Shown here: positions 48,092 to 56,159 of the stretch, piece by piece
Layout: every line of letters begins with the position of its first letter
How positions within the stretch are numbered: position 1 is the first letter of the stretch
IMG/VR virus record: IMGVR_UViG_3300025113_000003
Location: 1-64,000 of that record
Strand: one strand, 5' to 3'
DNA from: a virus
DNA length: 64,000 nucleotides
Position numbers and translations under genes: made by a program
The notes under the pieces: generated by a model
What the model was told of the DNA's origin: nothing
The model's input: the letters and a program-made list of their open reading frames with translations, nothing else
Database searches by the model: none

Positions 48092-49338
48092 TTTGATGCC
48101 TCCAGGACGAGTTGAAGCTCAGCGCGCTGTACAGATCTATCTAGTGGGTGGAGCTCGTATAGGCAGAATCGCTGCGTTGCAGCGATCTCCTTCAGCTCCG
48201 GGTCAGTCGCCACTGTCAGGTCGGTAGCCTTCAGGCCAAAGAACGGGTAGTCGACTCCATAGTAGACCCGCAGCTCCTTGTCGTCACCAATGAGGATTGA
48301 CCCCGCGTCGGCGCACTGCAGCGGTCGGGCCCGCCACCAGCCTGAACCGGCATGCTCGTAGCCCGGCATCAGGCAACCCCAGTCACGGGTAATGGTGATC
48401 ACCATGTCGTCCTCAGTCAGGCGCTTCTGGCTCTCGGCCTTTGAGCCGTAGAGGTCCACTGGCCAGGTGCCGATGAAGCCCTGCTCATCGTCCTTCGGGT
48501 TGCTCGTGTAGCCCTGCTTCTTCAACCACTTTTGGGTCTTCGACTGGACAAGGCTGGCGAAGTTGAAGCGGCGCTCCTTTTCAGGACGCGGGGACTGGGT
48601 GACGCTGAGAAGACTTGCCTTGAACGTCGGGTCCTCGGCGCCTTCATGACCTTCGTCGTTCCACATGCGGTTGCGGTGATACGGGTTCGGATTGTAGACA
48701 AAGAGGCGGCTGCGTGGGTAGCTGATCTTGTCGAACAGCAGGTGCGGGCCGTAGGCCTCGTTGTCGCCGAGGTGCTCAGTACGGAAGGCGCTGATGAGCA
48801 TGCGGTTCTTCATCGTCGTGATCGTCTTGATGGCGGCCATGTAGGCGTTGATATGCGGTACCTGCTCCTCGTACGTCGTCTTGTTCACGTCCAGAATGAA
48901 CTGCGCTAGCAGCTCCTTCGCGTCTGCGCACTTGGCCACACCTTTGAAGAGGTCAGGTACCTGCCAGTCGTCGAAGGCCAGGATGCAGTTGGGTCGATCA
49001 GCGATGGCCCACAGCCCGTTGAAGACGGTCGTGGCCACCAGCTGCCGCGGTCCGGCGATGAAGACGATCACCTCGTCGTAGCCGCTGAGGTCCTCGCCAA
49101 TGGTCACCTTGCGCTGCTCAACCTCGTAGCCCATGTCGGTCAGGCAGTTGAAGAGCGAGTAGTGCGACGGCACCACCTTCAGCTGCTGGCGCAGGTAGAA
49201 CTTGCGGGTGCACTGGTTGGCGTTGAAGCCGGTGATGAGGATCTTTGGCTTGGTCATGATCAGCTCCTGGGCTCGTTCTTCAATTGCGGTGCGTCGCCCT
49301 TCAGGCAGCGCGTCAAGGACGTCGGTCAGCGTTCTCAT
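48088..49338 (-). CDS. Putative GT-B glycosyltransferase (candidate DNA hmC glycosyltransferase)
   Basis: Two Rossmann-like halves: KILITG..L.DMGYEV..DLSGYDEVIVF..AFDDWQ, and VDLYG..WGCLMPGY..GSGWWRAR..Q.ADAGSIL; lies between galE and glf; alternative start 49257. Confidence 0.6.
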   Translation of the reverse strand: MRTLTDVLDALPEGRRTAIEERAQELIMTKPKILITGFNANQCTRKFYLRQQLKVVPSHYSLFNCLTDMGYEVEQRKVTIGEDLSGYDEVIVFIAGPRQLVATTVFNGLWAIADRPNCILAFDDWQVPDLFKGVAKCADAKELLAQFILDVNKTTYEEQVPHINAYMAAIKTITTMKNRMLISAFRTEHLGDNEAYGPHLLFDKISYPRSRLFVYNPNPYHRNRMWNDEGHEGAEDPTFKASLLSVTQSPRPEKERRFNFASLVQSKTQKWLKKQGYTSNPKDDEQGFIGTWPVDLYGSKAESQKRLTEDDMVITITRDWGCLMPGYEHAGSGWWRARPLQCADAGSILIGDDKELRVYYGVDYPFFGLKATDLTVATDPELKEIAATQRFCLYELHPLDRSVQRAELQLVLEASK

Positions 49339-50222
49339 ACGTTACGGAAAGCTGAGAGGCACATGTCAGAGAGGGTACGGGTGATGGCGGCGTGGGGGTA
49401 CAGGGACCTCGCATGGCAGATCATGATGTCGTCATCACCAGCGCGCCGGTCAGTGATGACGACCGGGAAGCTGGTGTTGGTCACGTGCTTCATCTCGTGG
49501 ATGACCTCCAGCACGCTGTAGCCCATGCCGGTGCCTAGGCATTCAAATGGCGTGTTGACTGGCCCGACCTCAACGGCGTTGGCGATGGAGGCGGCGATGT
49601 CCTGCACGTGGACGTAGTCACGAACGGCGGTACCGTCCTTGGTCGCGTAGTCGGTACCGAAGACCTTGACATCTCCGCGCTTACCACGCGCCGCCTCAGC
49701 GCAGATGCGAATGAGGTGCGTCGGCTGCCCTGTTGGTCGAATGCCAGGCGCCAGCCCTGACACGTTGTAGAAGCGGAAGATGGTGTGCCCGTCAAACCAG
49801 CGGGGCGTTGCCGCCGCCACGTCGGTGATGTAGCTCTCGCAGGCCACCTTGGTGCGCGCGTAGGGTGACGTGGGGTTGAAGGCGGTACCAGTCGAGGCGA
49901 AGATGAGGTGCGGTGTCCGCAGCTGCTCCAGCTCCATGAGCGAGGTCAGGTTGTTGTGCCAGTAGGTGTGTGGTTCCCGCGTGCTCAGCTCCACTGAGAT
50001 AAACGCCGCGAGGTGCACGATGGCGTCGTACTCGCTGCACAGCTCACCAAGCCCGCTCTGCACCGCGCGGTTAAGCAGCCGTCCCACGCGCTGGTGCACG
50101 AAGTCAAAGTTGACGTGGTCGCTTGAACCGTCGACCACGTCGACGCTGTGCCCACGGTTGACCAGCTCATCCACCACGTGCGCGCCGATGTAGCCCAGTC
50201 CACCTGTAACCAGTACCTTCAT
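49335..50222 (-). CDS. galE: UDP-glucose 4-epimerase-like SDR enzyme
   Basis: VLVTGGLGYIG, HLAAFISV, YARTK (YxxxK), FRFYNV, VFGTDYATKDGTAVRDYVHV. Confidence 0.9.
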   Translation of the reverse strand: MKVLVTGGLGYIGAHVVDELVNRGHSVDVVDGSSDHVNFDFVHQRVGRLLNRAVQSGLGELCSEYDAIVHLAAFISVELSTREPHTYWHNNLTSLMELEQLRTPHLIFASTGTAFNPTSPYARTKVACESYITDVAAATPRWFDGHTIFRFYNVSGLAPGIRPTGQPTHLIRICAEAARGKRGDVKVFGTDYATKDGTAVRDYVHVQDIAASIANAVEVGPVNTPFECLGTGMGYSVLEVIHEMKHVTNTSFPVVITDRRAGDDDIMICHARSLYPHAAITRTLSDMCLSAFRNV

Positions 50223-50305
50223 GTCATCTCCTTAGAGCCCAAACCCGGGCCCGCGCACCTACTTATCGCATTCTAAGCGAAAACCAATCTGACTGAGGCA
50301 CCATT

Positions 50306-50821
50306 TTATAGGTCGAGCGCCAGCTGCAGTACTCCCATTAGCTGGTATGGTTCCTTCGCGTGAAAGCGCTTGTGTGCCTGTGGGTGGTAGACAGTGGAAA
50401 CAGGAGCGTACTCGCTGAAGTTCCTGCTGAACCACTTGTTCGCATTACCACCGAGACAGACCACCAGCACTCCAGGATTGGCGTTCAGCTGAAGCTCCAC
50501 CAGCTTGGGATCCAGCGCAGTGCCATCCGCCAGCTTTGTGTTGAACCACAGCAGCACCGTCTCAGGTATGTGGTGCTCCACCAGCAGCTTGTTCAGCCAC
50601 AGGCTGCTGTTCTTCGTGCTGTAGAACGGCGTGTGGTGATAGCCAGGGGTGTTGGGCCGACCTGGCCCAGGCGTGTCCCCTAGCAGGATGACCTCAGTTG
50701 ACCGCTTTACGCCCTTCATCGCCTCGATGTAGCGCTTACGCCGGTGCTGCAGGCGCTTCGAGATGCCGGTCTGGATCTCACGGTCAAGCTTGTCAAAGGC
50801 AGCACCAAACAGCGAGGCCAT
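50306..50821 (-). CDS. Uracil-DNA-glycosylase-superfamily-like protein
   Basis: VILLGDTPG, PF..S..WL, WFN, VVCLG..A, VYHPQ match the UDG-fold motif order. Confidence 0.6.
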   Translation of the reverse strand: MASLFGAAFDKLDREIQTGISKRLQHRRKRYIEAMKGVKRSTEVILLGDTPGPGRPNTPGYHHTPFYSTKNSSLWLNKLLVEHHIPETVLLWFNTKLADGTALDPKLVELQLNANPGVLVVCLGGNANKWFSRNFSEYAPVSTVYHPQAHKRFHAKEPYQLMGVLQLALDL

Positions 50822-51039
50822 CAGAGCCGCCCCACCTCATCGGCGACCGATTGGTCAGCCTGGATGAAGGCGATCTTTTCACGCATCTCGTCATCGCTGT
50901 AGATGTACATGAACTTGTCCTGCTTCAGCTGCCGCTTGGGGTCAGCGTGATCGTAGATGAAGGTGATGTAGCCCTGCTCCTTCGCCGCATGCATCCGCAG
51001 CGCCGTGTCATCATGAGTGGAGATGATGACTACCTTCAC
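50821..51039 (-). CDS. Hypothetical protein
   Basis: Overlap-coupled on both sides. Confidence 0.6.
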   Translation of the reverse strand: MKVVIISTHDDTALRMHAAKEQGYITFIYDHADPKRQLKQDKFMYIYSDDEMREKIAFIQADQSVADEVGRL

Positions 51040-51611
51040 TCGAGCGCTTCAGCGAGGACCCAGTCCCTGGGCTTGAAGCCACCAAGCGCGGGGTCCGTGA
51101 CGCAGATGATCCGTTTGTCGCGGATGATGGAGCGCCTGAATGCAGCTAGAAAGCGGTTCTGCTCCTCTTCGCGCTGCTGCAGCTCGCCTAGACTCTGCCC
51201 GTCGTCGACGAAGTGGCTAGAGACATGGAAGTCCTCAGTCAGCAGGATGAGCCGTATGTCGGCTGCGTCAAGGTGGTGCCGTTCTTCGAAGTCAAAGACG
51301 TACTCACCGCTGTACGCACGGTACATGGGCGCGTACACCATCTCACCTAGGTGCCAGCGATCAAAGATGAGACGGGCACCCGAGCGCGCCATGATCATCG
51401 AGTTGCGGAAGCCCTCCTGCTGGTAGTGGTAGGCAGCTAGACTACCAGGCGGCACCCCTTCGATCGGCGAGGTACCAGCGTAGGCATCTAGCTTCTTCGG
51501 CTTGGAGAAGTGGATGACCTGGTAGTAGCCAAGGCGATTGATGATGCCCTCGATGAGGGTGCTCTTACCGAGGCGGTCGATTCCCTCGATGGCGTAGACG
51601 GCGTGGGCCAT
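51036..51611 (-). CDS. dNMP (thymidylate-kinase-like) kinase, candidate hm-dCMP kinase
   Basis: IEGIDRLGKST P-loop; IFDRWHLGEMVYAPMYR. Confidence 0.82.
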   Translation of the reverse strand: MAHAVYAIEGIDRLGKSTLIEGIINRLGYYQVIHFSKPKKLDAYAGTSPIEGVPPGSLAAYHYQQEGFRNSMIMARSGARLIFDRWHLGEMVYAPMYRAYSGEYVFDFEERHHLDAADIRLILLTEDFHVSSHFVDDGQSLGELQQREEEQNRFLAAFRRSIIRDKRIICVTDPALGGFKPRDWVLAEALE

Positions 51612-51613
51612 GC

Positions 51614-51922
51614 TTAGACCTCGATCGTGATGTAGTGATCGCCAGGGGTGCTCTTGAAGACAATCATGCCACGATCATCCTCAACAGTTACGTGCGGATC
51701 AACGGTGTCGTAGGCATCACCTAAGAAGTCAGAGCCGTACACATCTTCGATCTGCGTAATGATCTCGAAGGCGGCGTTGGCGTATGTGCCCTTCCCGAGG
51801 CGGCAGGAAGATACCAGGGCGGCGATCAGCTCAAGCTGCTCATCGGTAAGATTGAGCTGGCTTCCACCAGTACCGATGATCACTGTGTCGCTGTCCTCAT
51901 CAGGGCGTGATTGGATCTTCAT
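51614..51922 (-). CDS. Acidic hypothetical protein
   Basis: ATGA-coupled. Confidence 0.6.
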   Translation of the reverse strand: MKIQSRPDEDSDTVIIGTGGSQLNLTDEQLELIAALVSSCRLGKGTYANAAFEIITQIEDVYGSDFLGDAYDTVDPHVTVEDDRGMIVFKSTPGDHYITIEV

Positions 51923-52932
51923 ACGAATCCTACTCCTCGTCGGTTCTTGTTACTAGAAGGCTGAGAGTTGAAGAGCTCAGCCAAAGTAAACTCACTGCCA
52001 TCTGGCAGCTCACGGTCAGATCCCAGCTCCGCGTAGACGGCCTGCGCCTCCACTCGGGTCAGGGGGCGGAACTGCTGCACATCGAAGCAGCGACCCTCGC
52101 GCAGCAGCGCGGGATCGATATCGTGGATGTTGGGTAGGTTGGTGGAGAAGACCAGCTTCTTGTCGGCCGCTGAGATGAGGCCGTCCGACAGGTTCAGGAA
52201 CCGGTGCATCATCGTGTTGCCGTCCTGACGGCTGTCGAGGAAGCTGTCGGCGTCCTCCATGATGAGGAAGCGGCACTCGTCCTCGATGAAGCCAGCGAAG
52301 AAGTCGTCGGCACCCAGGACCTTCTCGTCGTAGGCCACCTTCGCGTTGCCGCCGGCCTGGTGGATCAGGTTCTTGATGAAGGTCGTCTTGCCAGTCCCGG
52401 GTGGGCCGATGAGGATGAGGACGTTGGCCTCGCTGTTCAGGTAGTCGTCGATGTACTGGCTCATCGAGCGATCGAGCCAGGGGTAGGCCGCCTGAACCGC
52501 CGCGCGGTAGTTCAGCGGCACCGAGATGGTATCGCCGCGGGTGTTGTAGACCCATTCGATCAGGTTCTCGGCGCGCTTGAAGTTGGCGTCGAAGTAGGTC
52601 TCCCACTTCTTGACCCAGGCGACGTCACCGGTAAAGGTCACCAGCACCTTGCCGCGAGAGGCCTCAACCACCAGGTTGCCCTCTCGACAGGGGACGAGAA
52701 CCTTCAGGTGCCCGAAGAAGGTATACGACGGAAAGCGCATGCGCTCGATCCAGTCAGCCAGCTTGAACTCAGCTGGCGTGATCCAGGTGTTGTGCTTCTC
52801 CAGGGTCTGCCGCCCGGCCAGGTGGCGGGTACGAAGCAGGTCGGCGTTGATCCAGTCCTCAGACCCGTACACCCCAAGGATTACTTCATTCTTAGGCGTG
52901 ATTTCCGGTTTGAAGAGCGGGTAGTCATCCAT
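51919..52932 (-). CDS. AAA+ ATPase
   Basis: LIGPPGTGKT, LIMEDAD, FLNLSDG, STN..IDPALLREGR; start 52932 or 53043. Confidence 0.88.
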   Translation of the reverse strand: MDDYPLFKPEITPKNEVILGVYGSEDWINADLLRTRHLAGRQTLEKHNTWITPAEFKLADWIERMRFPSYTFFGHLKVLVPCREGNLVVEASRGKVLVTFTGDVAWVKKWETYFDANFKRAENLIEWVYNTRGDTISVPLNYRAAVQAAYPWLDRSMSQYIDDYLNSEANVLILIGPPGTGKTTFIKNLIHQAGGNAKVAYDEKVLGADDFFAGFIEDECRFLIMEDADSFLDSRQDGNTMMHRFLNLSDGLISAADKKLVFSTNLPNIHDIDPALLREGRCFDVQQFRPLTRVEAQAVYAELGSDRELPDGSEFTLAELFNSQPSSNKNRRGVGFV

Positions 52933-53067
52933 TGGGTGTTCCCATTTTCTCTGGTTATGGCGGCGCGTGCGACGAGTGCGGCGCGAGCTCCTTACGAGGC
53001 GCCTGGTGTCAAAGTCAATCAGTGGCTTGGCTCCAAACGGCATATGTCCTATTCTAATTTATTGGGC

Positions 53068-54825
53068 TCAGTCGGCGTCAGTCGAATTGAGGTTGGAGGT
53101 GTAGGAGGTCTGGAACTCGTTCGCCCAGACGTTGTCCTTCCCGGTCCAGAGCCGCTGGATGCCGGTGTCCAAGGCGTAGGTAACCGCATGGTCTTCCGAG
53201 GATCGCACTGACCGACCAGCTCCCTGCACGATCTTCATGAGGGTGGTCAGCGAGTAGATGTCAGGGTACCGGTCAAGGATGACCTTGATGCGCTTGTCGC
53301 CCAGCGAGGCGAAGGGCGCCTTCACGATGACCTGGAAGCGGCTCAGGTCGCCAGGCAGGTCGATGCCCTCAAAGCCGGAGGGCGTCAGCATGACCGCTGG
53401 CCCAGCGGTGTAGGCCTTGAAGTCAGCGAGCACGTCGGCCAGCTTCTCGCCGCGCAGGTGCTCGAAGATGCGGTAGGACGGGCTCATTCCGCGCAGAGTA
53501 GCAGCGACGCTCTCGACGACCGCGAAGCTAGGCGCCAGCACGATGCCGCGGTGCCCCTGTTTCACGTGGTGGTCCACGATCTGCCAGGCAGTGGCGCACA
53601 GCTTCTTCACCGTTTCGGGCTGCTTCATGCTGCTGTAGTTGAGGGCCTGCGGCTTGAAGAAGACCATCCGCTTGCTCTCACGCGGAAACGACGGCTCTAA
53701 GCGGATGCCGATGGTGTCGCCCGGCAGCGTCATCGTGCGCTTGGCGTACGCCTCGCTCACCGTTGCCGACATCAGGAGGTTGTGCTCAGCGTTGTCAAGC
53801 GCCTCGAACATGTCACCCACGAAGATGGGCTTGACGCTGAGCTCATCCTCCGCCTGCCCCTTCTTGACGTCACGCGGCTTGTGTTCGAAGACATGTGGGT
53901 ACTCGAAGAGGAAGAGGTCGTCGATCTTGCAGCCCAGGTTGTAGAACTTCTTCGAGAGCCGCTGAAGCTTGATGAACTTAGCCGGCTGCCGGATGCTCCG
54001 CTCCGCCGCCTGCTTAGCCGCCTCGCTGATCGCGGTGTAGGTGTCAAGCAGGACCTGCAGCCACTTCAGGTACGACCCGTCCTCGTCGCTGATCTTCCCT
54101 CGAACGAGAGCCTCACGCACCGCCTTCAGGTTGCGGAAGACGTCGGTGTGTCCCAACGTCAGGTGCTCGTTGACCTCCTCAGCGAACTGGTTGAGCCGCT
54201 TCTCAGAGACGTAGATGGCGTTGTGCTCAACGAAGAGGTCGTTCAGCAGGTGCGCCTCATCGAAGACCGTCAGGGTGCGCCGCGGCATCGGTGTCGTCGA
54301 GTACATGCGATCGATGAAGTAGAACGCGTAGTTGGTGATGATGTGCCGCGCCCCCGCCTTCCGAGCCCGTGAGACCTGGTACTCGCACCCACCGCAGTAG
54401 AGGTCGATGAGGTCCTGCGCACCGGTCTTGCGGAAGATGGGAATGGCGCAGGCCTCAGCGGTCTGCGGCTCCTCAGGGGTCGAGAGGGCCTTGCACTCGT
54501 AGTTGCCGGCGCCCTTCAGGAGCAGGAAGCCGTTCTCGGCGCGGTCACCGAACGTCTGGAAGTACTGGTCCAGCAGGACGTTGGTGGCCGACAGGAGGAA
54601 GGTCGCGTTGGCCTTGGTATCTGGGTAGCGAATGGAGTGCAGGACCTCACCGACCACGGTGCCGATGATGGACTTGCCGGTGCCGGTGGGAGCGGAGAGC
54701 ACCACGTTCTTGGCCTTGTCGTCCAGGAAGGCGGACACCACGCGGTCCACGCGCTCGGCCTGGTGGTCGCGTGGCGTGAAGCCGAGGCGGGTGAAGGCCT
54801 CGTGGATGGGCTGCTCGTATCTCAC
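53068..54825 (-). CDS. DinG/XPD-family SF2 helicase
   Basis: APTGTGKS, four Cys (Fe-S), ITNY, DEAH, MSAT, EGIDL, QGAGRSVRS; GTG start coupled to upstream TGA. Confidence 0.9.
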   Translation of the reverse strand: MRYEQPIHEAFTRLGFTPRDHQAERVDRVVSAFLDDKAKNVVLSAPTGTGKSIIGTVVGEVLHSIRYPDTKANATFLLSATNVLLDQYFQTFGDRAENGFLLLKGAGNYECKALSTPEEPQTAEACAIPIFRKTGAQDLIDLYCGGCEYQVSRARKAGARHIITNYAFYFIDRMYSTTPMPRRTLTVFDEAHLLNDLFVEHNAIYVSEKRLNQFAEEVNEHLTLGHTDVFRNLKAVREALVRGKISDEDGSYLKWLQVLLDTYTAISEAAKQAAERSIRQPAKFIKLQRLSKKFYNLGCKIDDLFLFEYPHVFEHKPRDVKKGQAEDELSVKPIFVGDMFEALDNAEHNLLMSATVSEAYAKRTMTLPGDTIGIRLEPSFPRESKRMVFFKPQALNYSSMKQPETVKKLCATAWQIVDHHVKQGHRGIVLAPSFAVVESVAATLRGMSPSYRIFEHLRGEKLADVLADFKAYTAGPAVMLTPSGFEGIDLPGDLSRFQVIVKAPFASLGDKRIKVILDRYPDIYSLTTLMKIVQGAGRSVRSSEDHAVTYALDTGIQRLWTGKDNVWANEFQTSYTSNLNSTDAD

Positions 54826-54977
54826 AGGTGCTTCCCGAACCAGCAGTAGACCGCGAACCACTTGAAGCCAGGGCCACGCGTATCATACACGCGGTTGTGG
54901 AACCAGTACAGCTTCCAGTCACGCGAGAGCTGAATGTGCTTCGACCCGAAGCGGATGTTGAACAGCAGGTTGCTCAT
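54822..54977 (-). CDS. Small aromatic-rich hypothetical protein
   Basis: MSNLLFNIRFG...; bridges the hydroxymethylase stop and helicase start. Confidence 0.5.
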   Translation of the reverse strand: MSNLLFNIRFGSKHIQLSRDWKLYWFHNRVYDTRGPGFKWFAVYCWFGKHL

Positions 54978-55954
54978 TCGTGCTCGGCCTGGTCGAAGAT
55001 GGTGTGGAAGGCTTTCTCGTCGTTCCCGAAGAAGGCCCGCACGAGGGTACGCCAGTACGGGGACAGCATCTGGAAGCTCATGCACTCGTAGAAGTCGAAG
55101 TCCTCAGGAGCGCCGGCTGCCTGCCACGCGGCCTCGGTGCCCACCAACCCAGTGAGAATTCGGTCATTGAACGCGTCCATCGGGATCATGCTGACGTCGA
55201 TGGCACGCTCAGTCGCGATGATCTTCTCAGCCATCTCGAAGTGGCGGTCGTAGATGTGCATCGACCCGGCGTTGTGGAAGTAGAAGCCCAGCTTGAGGTC
55301 GGGGTAGGTCGCCTTCAGCTGCAGCAGCATCGCTTCCTGCAGCATCGTGAACTGGAAGACGTCGTTCGTGAAGCCTAGGATGACGTCGTTGGACCGCATG
55401 CTGACGATCAGGTGCAGGCGGCTGTCGCGGATCAACCACTGCAGCGTCAGCGTGCAGGGCACGTCCTTGTTGCCGGCATGGCGATCATGCGGCACGTGGA
55501 TGTTCATGATCGCCTGGCGGGTGTCCTTGTCGCGTTCGAGCAGCGCCGCTGTCTCGTTCCACTGGTTGATCGGTTCTGACTGTGGACCAATGTACCGGTC
55601 TGTGCCTACGAAAGCAGGGGCCTTGGAATGGCCGAAGAGCCGGTGCCCGTAGTTGGAGTTCACGGTGCCGTCGGAGTTGCGGATGCTGTCCCAGAACTTG
55701 GCGTACGGCAGGATGCCCTTGGGGTCCGCAGAGCCTGAGATGTACCAGATGAACTCGCCAAGCAGGTACTTGGTGCTGGTCTTTCGCGCCGGGAAGGTGA
55801 TGACCCGGTTGCGGGGGTCGGTCAGCGTGATGTTGTAGTTGATGAGCTCCCGGGTCGTGGTGCCGCGCGGGTGGGCGACCGAACCGTTGGTCATCAGGTT
55901 GGATAGACAGAGCCTGAAGTCGTTGTTCAGGTAGAAGGTCGGGACTTGCTCCAT
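54974..55954 (-). CDS. dCMP hydroxymethylase-type thymidylate synthase paralogue
   Basis: PRG..TRE, E.IWY, VNSNYG, D.DTRQA, DVPCT, MRSNDVILGFTNDV (Asp at the specificity position), GSMHIY. Confidence 0.85.
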   Translation of the reverse strand: MEQVPTFYLNNDFRLCLSNLMTNGSVAHPRGTTTRELINYNITLTDPRNRVITFPARKTSTKYLLGEFIWYISGSADPKGILPYAKFWDSIRNSDGTVNSNYGHRLFGHSKAPAFVGTDRYIGPQSEPINQWNETAALLERDKDTRQAIMNIHVPHDRHAGNKDVPCTLTLQWLIRDSRLHLIVSMRSNDVILGFTNDVFQFTMLQEAMLLQLKATYPDLKLGFYFHNAGSMHIYDRHFEMAEKIIATERAIDVSMIPMDAFNDRILTGLVGTEAAWQAAGAPEDFDFYECMSFQMLSPYWRTLVRAFFGNDEKAFHTIFDQAEHE

Positions 55955-56029
55955 GTGGGCTCCTGTAGTGATAGGCTATTTTAGCCCACCGGGGAGGTGA
56001 CCTCTGGGCAAAAGGAGGTAGAAGAAAAG

Positions 56030-56051
56030 GTGGGACCCCGAGAGGTCCCAC
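56030..56051 (-). terminator. Rho-independent terminator
   Basis: GTGGGACC-N6-GGTCCCAC followed by CTTTTCTT on minus strand. Confidence 0.65.
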
Positions 56052-56122
56052 TAAAGCGGGTCTTAGGAGAGACACCGTGCAACTAAGTACATTCTACACT
56101 GGCTGCCGACCAGCTGCGCCCA

Positions 56123-56128
56123 TAAATA
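56123..56128 (+). promoter_or_regulatory. Late promoter TAAATA
   Basis: cataaatagg upstream of tail fibre gene. Confidence 0.65.
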
Positions 56129-56159
56129 GGTTGAAGCGGAACCTGCTAGGACAATACCC

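Noticed and set aside
46290-50222. Bacterial O-antigen/capsule locus (glf, galE, GT)
   Set aside because: No flippase, polymerase or other surface-polysaccharide genes; the context is phage nucleotide metabolism. Virion or host-surface glycosylation remains a less favoured alternative.
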